The notes under the pieces: model-generated
Seen by the model: the letters and a program-made list of their open reading frames with translations, nothing else
Databases searched by the model: none
What the model was told of the DNA's origin: nothing
Made by a program: the position numbers and the translations under genes
In this document: positions 8,949 through 14,588 of the stretch, one piece after another
Layout: each line of letters begins with the position of its first letter
Position numbering within the stretch: position 1 is the first letter of the stretch
Assembly: GCA_005222975.1 (NCBI GenBank)
Contig: NJBI01000070.1
Coordinates: 1-14,588 of the forward strand
Direction of reading: 5' to 3'
DNA length: 14,588 nucleotides
DNA from: Promethearchaeota archaeon Loki_b31
GTDB taxonomy: Archaea; Asgardarchaeota; Lokiarchaeia; Sigyniarchaeales; SOKP01

Positions 8949-10211
8949 TCATTTCGTAGATTCTGGACGTACACATCTTCTCCATTGATCTACGCTCTCT
9001 TTAGGTCCCAAACCTATTAGTAAATCACCTTCTTCAAATATTAAATCTGATTTGAAGCTATATATCCATTTGTCTTTTCTTTTTAGAGCAATTATATGGA
9101 ACCCTCGTTTATATCGTTGATCTTGTAATTCGTCGTAGGTTTTGTTTTTAAAGTAAGAATCTGCTGATAATGTTTCTCGAACTACTATCTCAGATGTTTC
9201 TTCAATTGCTTTCTGAATAATTACATGTGGTTCAAACCCTTTTAAGATGTTTTCAGCTAAATGAGCCGCAGCATCAGCTATTAATTCGCATGAAAAAACT
9301 ATACGCATAATTCCCGTCAGATCTCTTGGACTATCAACTAAATGCGCAAAATCTAGAAGATTCTTCTCGAAATTTATATTAAGTCCGTCCATTAAGGCTT
9401 CCATTTCGATTACATCTTCTGCTAATTCATAGCTATTAAAGAACAATGATGCGAGTGCCAATTCTATCATTGTTTCAGAGATGTCTGTTATTAATACATA
9501 ATCTCTTTTAAGTTCTTGAATTTCCTCAAATATTTCAGGGTTTTTGAGATCGAATTCAGGTTCCTTTCCTTCCTCATCAATTTGAAAAGAGATTTCTTCC
9601 TCATCAAGAGTTATTTTCTTCAACTCTTTAATCGGTTCAAGCTCGCCTTTAATAATTAAGATATCTCCTTTCTCAATTATGTTATTCTTATCAAACAACC
9701 AATCATCGCTTCTTTTTATTGCAATTAAGTCGACTCCATACTGAGATCTAAAATGCACATCTTGACGGTTCATTCCTATGAGTTTGCAATCCTCTTTGAC
9801 ACATATTTTTACTATTGGTTCAGGAACTTCGTCCCAAAAGAGTTGCGTGAAGTCAGATATATCGCTATTTATATAAACAACGCGAGCTATATCCGCAAGA
9901 GCGTCCGAAACTTTGTCAATTGAATAACCCATTACAACAATTGGCTCTAATCTCTTGGCTTCTTTAAACCCCCCAGTTTGTGTTTGAGTAATTTGTAAAT
10001 TCAACAGAAAAGTTAACTCGTGTATTCGCTTTTCAATTTTAGTAGTTTCGTCTGCTATCTCTTTACTACCAAATTTAATCGCACTATAGGCGAGGTCAAA
10101 CATTAGATCAATTTTTTGTTTCATCTCTCTCAATATATCTTTTAGAGATATAGGTTGGTATTGAAATACCTTCTTCTTTCTTTTTTCATGCGGTTTAATT
10201 GAATTTCTCAC
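8949..10211 (-). CDS. PhoU + TrkA_C (RCK_C) protein, internally duplicated
   Basis: GTG start. Two repeats: MFDLAYSA..IAIKRSDDWLF..IIEKGDILIIKG and MIELALAS..IALKRKDKWIY..FEEGDLLIGLG. Confidence 0.85.
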   Translation of the reverse strand: MRNSIKPHEKRKKKVFQYQPISLKDILREMKQKIDLMFDLAYSAIKFGSKEIADETTKIEKRIHELTFLLNLQITQTQTGGFKEAKRLEPIVVMGYSIDKVSDALADIARVVYINSDISDFTQLFWDEVPEPIVKICVKEDCKLIGMNRQDVHFRSQYGVDLIAIKRSDDWLFDKNNIIEKGDILIIKGELEPIKELKKITLDEEEISFQIDEEGKEPEFDLKNPEIFEEIQELKRDYVLITDISETMIELALASLFFNSYELAEDVIEMEALMDGLNINFEKNLLDFAHLVDSPRDLTGIMRIVFSCELIADAAAHLAENILKGFEPHVIIQKAIEETSEIVVRETLSADSYFKNKTYDELQDQRYKRGFHIIALKRKDKWIYSFKSDLIFEEGDLLIGLGPKESVDQWRRCVRPESTK

Positions 10212-10227
10212 TCTCGTTTTTAGGTAT

Positions 10228-10779
10228 TTAAATAAATATATGTATAAAAATTATAATAAACATAGGCGTTAGAAAATCTGCTAAAGATGTAACCATGGGA
10301 ATTAAAAAATTATTGGGATCTTTACCCTTCTTAAATATGAATATAGAACTAATAAATAATAACACAAACATCAAGCCAAAAAGAATCAAAATAGTAATAA
10401 TTATAATAGATATTATCAACAACGGATTAACGATTTCTATTCCAGTTGCACTTCCAAATAAGTATCCTAAGCTTATTAATGCAACTAGGCTTAATAAAAT
10501 TGTTATAAGTAACCCATAAAAATCTTGCTTTAATCTATCAGAAACTTGTATTTTTGGAGATATGGTACCTAAATATAGGTGTGAAGTAAGACGCGAAATT
10601 AAAACCGTCGAAATATCACCAATTAAAGAATTTAAAGAAGGTAAAACTAACAAAATGATTGGAAAAGTATACAAAATCTCTTTATTATTGGATAAAAGCG
10701 TGCCTGAAAAGAGCCCCATTATAGAACTAATAATTACGATTATTATAGATTCTTTAAAGATCTTTTTAAAGTAATCCAA
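10228..10779 (-). CDS. MgtE/SLC41-type divalent cation transporter membrane domain (half 2)
   Basis: TTG start, 5 TM segments, motifs PSLNSLIGD and DPNNFLIPMVTSLAD. Confidence 0.88.
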   Translation of the reverse strand: MDYFKKIFKESIIIVIISSIMGLFSGTLLSNNKEILYTFPIILLVLPSLNSLIGDISTVLISRLTSHLYLGTISPKIQVSDRLKQDFYGLLITILLSLVALISLGYLFGSATGIEIVNPLLIISIIIITILILFGLMFVLLFISSIFIFKKGKDPNNFLIPMVTSLADFLTPMFIIIFIHIFI

Positions 10780-10781
10780 AA

Positions 10782-11336
10782 TTACGGCACCCCCAGCAAA
10801 ATAATTGCTAAATAGAAGCTTATAACCGTAAGAAAATCATCAATGGCTGTCATTATAGGATTAACAATGTTATTTGGGTCTAAACCGCGTTTAAACGCGA
10901 AGAGATTTAAGGCAGTAGAACAAGGAATTGAAACTGTTAATGTCAATAGAATAGAAATTATTGGTATAACAATTAACAAACCAATATGAAAAATAAAGAG
11001 TTTAATTAATAAGAGATTTAAAAAAATACTTAGAATTCCAATTGCGATAGCAGTTATTAAGGCTAGCGTATAGGTTGCTAGTACATTTTCAAACCATGAT
11101 TTTAAGTTAAACTCTCCAATAATTAAATCTCTCGATGTCCTTGCTATAAAAGGTCCGCTTAAATTTCCCCTTAGCGAAAGCAAAGCAGGTATAATTAGAA
11201 TAAGTATTAGAAAGCTCTCAAAAGAGACTATTAAAATAGAAAGAACGATTCCCGCGAAAATATCTCCCACAATCGAAACCATCTCAGATGGAAAAGTCTC
11301 TTTAACGATTTTACCTTTTGTATCTCGAGCTTCCAT
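10782..11336 (-). CDS. MgtE/SLC41-type divalent cation transporter membrane domain (half 1)
   Basis: 5 TM segments, motifs PALLSLRGN (PX6GN) and GLDPNNIVNPIMTAIDD. The true start may be 11383 (see findings). Confidence 0.88.
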   Translation of the reverse strand: MEARDTKGKIVKETFPSEMVSIVGDIFAGIVLSILIVSFESFLILILIIPALLSLRGNLSGPFIARTSRDLIIGEFNLKSWFENVLATYTLALITAIAIGILSIFLNLLLIKLFIFHIGLLIVIPIISILLTLTVSIPCSTALNLFAFKRGLDPNNIVNPIMTAIDDFLTVISFYLAIILLGVP

Positions 11337-11622
11337 ATGTCATCATCGTCGTCAGATGAATTAAAGGATAAATTTTCGTTCATATTCTTAATAATTAATT
11401 AAGATTCGAAAACATTTAAAATTTTTAGAATGGAATATGAAAACATATTTTAACTTAAATTTACTCATATTTTTTTTACCATTTAATACAGCAAAGTTAC
11501 AATACTGGTGCGATTGTCTCACTATCGACGATCACATTTAAATGTTTTGTCATAAGAAAAAGTATTTACCATAATTATTAATAAAAAAATGTTAACTCAA
11601 TGTTTTGCTAAATTAATTCCAA

Positions 11623-13125
11623 CTAATTTGGGTCGATGGCATTAAGGGCATACTCAATTTCTTTCTTTACTTTCCAATCGTCGTCCCATAGTAATTTAGC
11701 TAACCATTTTAAAGCTTCTTTATCTCCTATTTGACCTAAAGTTTTTGCCGCAGCAATCCGCATCTTAGCGTCTTTGTCTTTTAATAGCGTTACAAAGGGA
11801 GTTATATCGCTAATATTTTCTAGTTTTCCTAACGACATAGCTACCCAACTTCGAATAAATATATCTTTATCTTCCATTAATCCAATTAAAGATTCGGTTG
11901 ACTTATCATCATTAATTTTAATTAAAAGTTTAACTGCTGCTCTTCTTGTCTTCCAATTTAAATCGTTAGTTAACTTTTTTGCGCCTTCAATTACCTTTTC
12001 GCTCCCAAACCTTGATAGCGCTTCAATTGCTGCGTCCCTTACCTTACTATCATCATCACTTAATAAATCAAAAAGTGCGTTGATTAAATTTTCATCACCA
12101 ATTTCTACGATAACTCTTGCGCTTAAACTCCTAATTTTCCATTCTTTCGCTTTCAAACCCTCGATAATTTGAGTTGGAATCGTATCTTTATAAATATTTA
12201 AAATTGCTTTATACGCTAACCTTCTCAATTTCGCATCTTTACTGTTGAAAACTCTCACGAGATAGTAAATAGAACTTTTGTCTTCCAATAAACTCAACAA
12301 TTTTATCGCTTCTCTTCTAGAAATAATATTTCGGCCGTTTAATAATTCGTAGATTTTATTGTATGGAGGAGGTTGATTTGAAAGAATTGAGAACAAAGTT
12401 CGAACAGATAACTTTCGAATTTCAGGATTTTTTTCTTTGAAAAATTTTACTAAATGAGGAATAGACTTTTTACTTTTTATAGTGCTTAAAGCTTTGATTG
12501 CTGATTTTTTTACGCGTAAATCTTCGTCGCTTAAAGCGTTCAGAATAAACTTTGCGTCTTTTAATTGAATTAATTTTTCTAATCCTTTGATTGAATTCTT
12601 ACGAATTAATGGGTCTTCGTGTGTTATTAATTCTTTTAATCTCTCAATGCACTCTCCACTGCCAATCTTTCCTAATATGTATGGGATTGATCTTTTAACA
12701 TGAATATTTCCTTTGTTTATATAATCGAATATTATATCTAAGGCCCCTTCTTTCCCAATCCTTATAATAGAAGCAAGAACGGCATCTTTAATCTCTAAAG
12801 AGGGATTTTGGAGCATATTTAACAAAGGAATTAAGGCTATGGACATTTTTGCTCTTCCTAAAGCTATCACAGATGCTTTTTTTGACTCAATATTATTGTC
12901 TGTAAGAGCTTTGATTAGTAATTGGATGGAAATGTCGTTTATGTTTTTCCCGGCAACATCGATTATTTTTTTTCTTACTTTTCCATCGCTTTCGCTTTTA
13001 TACTGAGATAATAGAAATTCTAGTCCTCCATTTTCAAAATGCAGAGCCACTGCTTCGATTAATTGTATTTTTTTTAGGGGAACTGTCTCTTTTAGGTATG
13101 AATTTTTAAGTTCTTGAAAACTCAT
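11623..13125 (-). CDS. HEAT/PBS-lyase-like repeat protein
   Basis: Many repeats of about 31 aa of the form L.D.D..VR..A..AL..I. ATG 13125 is supported by AGGAG at 13135-13139 and by the start of the paralogous mini-ORF at 14232. Confidence 0.92.
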   Translation of the reverse strand: MSFQELKNSYLKETVPLKKIQLIEAVALHFENGGLEFLLSQYKSESDGKVRKKIIDVAGKNINDISIQLLIKALTDNNIESKKASVIALGRAKMSIALIPLLNMLQNPSLEIKDAVLASIIRIGKEGALDIIFDYINKGNIHVKRSIPYILGKIGSGECIERLKELITHEDPLIRKNSIKGLEKLIQLKDAKFILNALSDEDLRVKKSAIKALSTIKSKKSIPHLVKFFKEKNPEIRKLSVRTLFSILSNQPPPYNKIYELLNGRNIISRREAIKLLSLLEDKSSIYYLVRVFNSKDAKLRRLAYKAILNIYKDTIPTQIIEGLKAKEWKIRSLSARVIVEIGDENLINALFDLLSDDDSKVRDAAIEALSRFGSEKVIEGAKKLTNDLNWKTRRAAVKLLIKINDDKSTESLIGLMEDKDIFIRSWVAMSLGKLENISDITPFVTLLKDKDAKMRIAAAKTLGQIGDKEALKWLAKLLWDDDWKVKKEIEYALNAIDPN

Positions 13126-13286
13126 AAATAGCAACTCCTAGTAAGTTTAACTAAAGTTTAACGATTTAGATAAAAATGTCTAAATGGATTATAGGTTATG
13201 GCTTTTTAATATTAATGAAATAGAAAAGTTTATTCAATCTTCAAGTATAATAAATAAATTCAAATTTTTCTTTATTATTATTATCT

Positions 13287-13997
13287 ATGAAATTCGTTCC
13301 GTATGAATCAAGAATCAAAGCTGGAGAAATATTAGCTGATTTTATTTTAGAGAACGATACAACACGATACAACCGCATAAACAAAAAGCCTGACAGTTTT
13401 ATATCGTTTGCTATACCAAACGGTGGCGTTCCTGTAGTTGAAGGATTTTGCCGTAAATTAAAAATAAATTACGATTTAATAATTGTTCGAAAAATTAAAA
13501 TTCCGTATAATACCGAAGCAGGATTTGGCTCAGTTACACCAGATGGAACCGTTTTAATAAATAATGATTTGTTGTATCAATTAAACCTTTCAGAGAAACA
13601 AGTTGAGAATGCAATCGAAATAACAAAAAAAGAAATCAAAGAACGCTTAGTGTTTTACAAGAAGAATTTCGACTTAGAAGAAACTTATCAGAATCTGATT
13701 AAAAATAAAATCGTATTTATGATTGACGATGGATTAGCCTCCGGTTTTACGATGCTAGCAGCTATTAAAATGGTAAAAAAATACGATCCTAAAGAGATCG
13801 TTATAAGCGTTCCTACGGCTCCGCTACACACGATTCAACGCATCCAAAATGCAGAAGTTAAAACTTTTTGTCCAAATATAAGAAACACGAGGTGGTTTGC
13901 AGTTGCTGACGCTTATAAACATTGGTATGACATACCCGAAATTGAAGTAATTAATTACTTAAATAAATCAAATTTTTACATCAACAACTTTGATTAG
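13287..13997 (+). CDS. Type I phosphoribosyltransferase (COG1926-like)
   Basis: YESRIKAG, AIPNGGVPV, VRKIKIPYNTEAGFGSV, PRPP-binding loop MIDDGLASGFTM, AVADAY. Confidence 0.93.
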   Translation: MKFVPYESRIKAGEILADFILENDTTRYNRINKKPDSFISFAIPNGGVPVVEGFCRKLKINYDLIIVRKIKIPYNTEAGFGSVTPDGTVLINNDLLYQLNLSEKQVENAIEITKKEIKERLVFYKKNFDLEETYQNLIKNKIVFMIDDGLASGFTMLAAIKMVKKYDPKEIVISVPTAPLHTIQRIQNAEVKTFCPNIRNTRWFAVADAYKHWYDIPEIEVINYLNKSNFYINNFD

Positions 13998-14103
13998 GGA
14001 ATTATACTAATTTCTTTAAGGATGAAAGTTATTAGATTTTTTTAAATTCATCAACTTAAGCACTATAAAAGAAAAGTAAAAAAAATAAAGATTTATGAGC
14101 TGA

Positions 14104-14232
14104 TCAATTGAAAAAGAATGTTTGCGTGTGGTATATAGAATTGGTCAAATTACTAATTGAATTAATCATATCCACTTTATTTTCTGGAACAGTTACTTTA
14201 AGATAAGAGTACTTAAATTCTTGAAATCCCAT
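14104..14232 (-). pseudogene. 42-aa truncated paralog of the HEAT protein N-terminus (remnant or microprotein)
   Basis: MGFQEFKYSYLKVTVPENKVDMINSI... versus MSFQELKNSYLKETVPLKKIQLIEAV; 12 of the first 16 residues are identical. ATG 14232, TGA 14104. Confidence 0.85.
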
Positions 14233-14376
14233 TTTTCTAATCTTTCATCTTTTCTTTTCAATAAAAAAAACCTTTAACTATAGAATCAAGTTTCTATTTT
14301 TATTTTTAAGTAAATGGAAAGATAGAAAATGTAAATATTAAAATTTAATTCTTTCAAATTATATTGACTTTAGAGC

Positions 14377-14508
14377 ATGAAATTTATTCCTTATGAGTCT
14401 AGATTCAAAGCAGGTGATTTTTTAGCTGAATTTGTTATAAAACATAATTCTGTTATAAAGAAAATTATAAACAATAAAATTGAAAAAGTCTTTTTAATAC
14501 TAATTTAA
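14377..14508 (+). pseudogene. 43-aa truncated paralog of the phosphoribosyltransferase N-terminus (remnant or microprotein)
   Basis: MKFIPYESRFKAGDFLAEFV... versus MKFVPYESRIKAGEILADFI; 14 of the first 20 residues are identical. ATG 14377, TAA 14508. Confidence 0.88.
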
Positions 14509-14588
14509 TAATTCTTTTTTACATTGAAAAATTAAAACGAATGTGAAAAGAATAAAAAATAAAAATATTATAATCCTTTTCTTATTTT

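Noticed and set aside
8929-8985. 19-aa N-terminal extension of PHI in the ORF track
   Set aside because: It overlaps the upstream gene, and a clear RBS precedes ATG 8928.
11386-11404. Inverted repeat TCTTAAT-N5-ATTAAGA upstream of the MgtE leader
   Set aside because: Nearly all A/T and only 7 bp per arm; could be an operator but is not distinguishable from chance.
11500-11560. Possible SECIS-like ATGA..AA..GA element downstream of the HEAT gene
   Set aside because: No convincing stem, and no in-frame TGA at a Cys-equivalent position in nearby genes.
6734-12172. Antisense ORFs 6734-6985, 10295-10519, 10562-10774 and 11774-12172
   Set aside because: Shadows of the antitoxin, MgtE and HEAT genes.
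12475-14070. 15-bp inverted match TTAAGCACTATAAAA (14056-14070 versus 12475-12489)
   Set aside because: About one such match is plausible by chance in 14.6 kb of AT-rich DNA; no transposase or target-site duplication.
1-14588. CRISPR array, tRNA/rRNA, IS element or integrase
   Set aside because: No regularly spaced repeats, GC-rich structured RNA or recombinase ORF seen.

Overview
AT-rich archaeal-looking window. The gene set (AOR-family oxidoreductase, GlcD/GlcF-like pair, archaeal PIN toxin-antitoxin, split MgtE with PhoU/TrkA_C, stand-alone SET protein, HEAT protein) and a GGGGTGA ribosome-binding site suggest an anaerobic archaeon, possibly Asgard/Lokiarchaeia; this is inference and was not tested. 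In order: partial ORF at the left edge, aldehyde:ferredoxin oxidoreductase, membrane protein, FAD oxidoreductase plus Fe-S/CCG partner, endonuclease IV, vapBC-type pair, a decayed stretch with a frameshifted membrane gene, a minus-strand cluster (two half-MgtE genes, PhoU-TrkA_C duplicated protein, hexulose-6-P isomerase, SET protein), and a divergent HEAT-repeat/phosphoribosyltransferase pair. The main observation missing from the ORF track is at 14104-14508. It is a diverged miniature copy of the head of the HEAT/PRTase pair: two back-to-back 42- and 43-codon ORFs matching the N-termini of both genes, with many synonymous changes and partly conserved intergenic motifs. Two probable single-base frameshifts were also found, at about 7640 and 11337.
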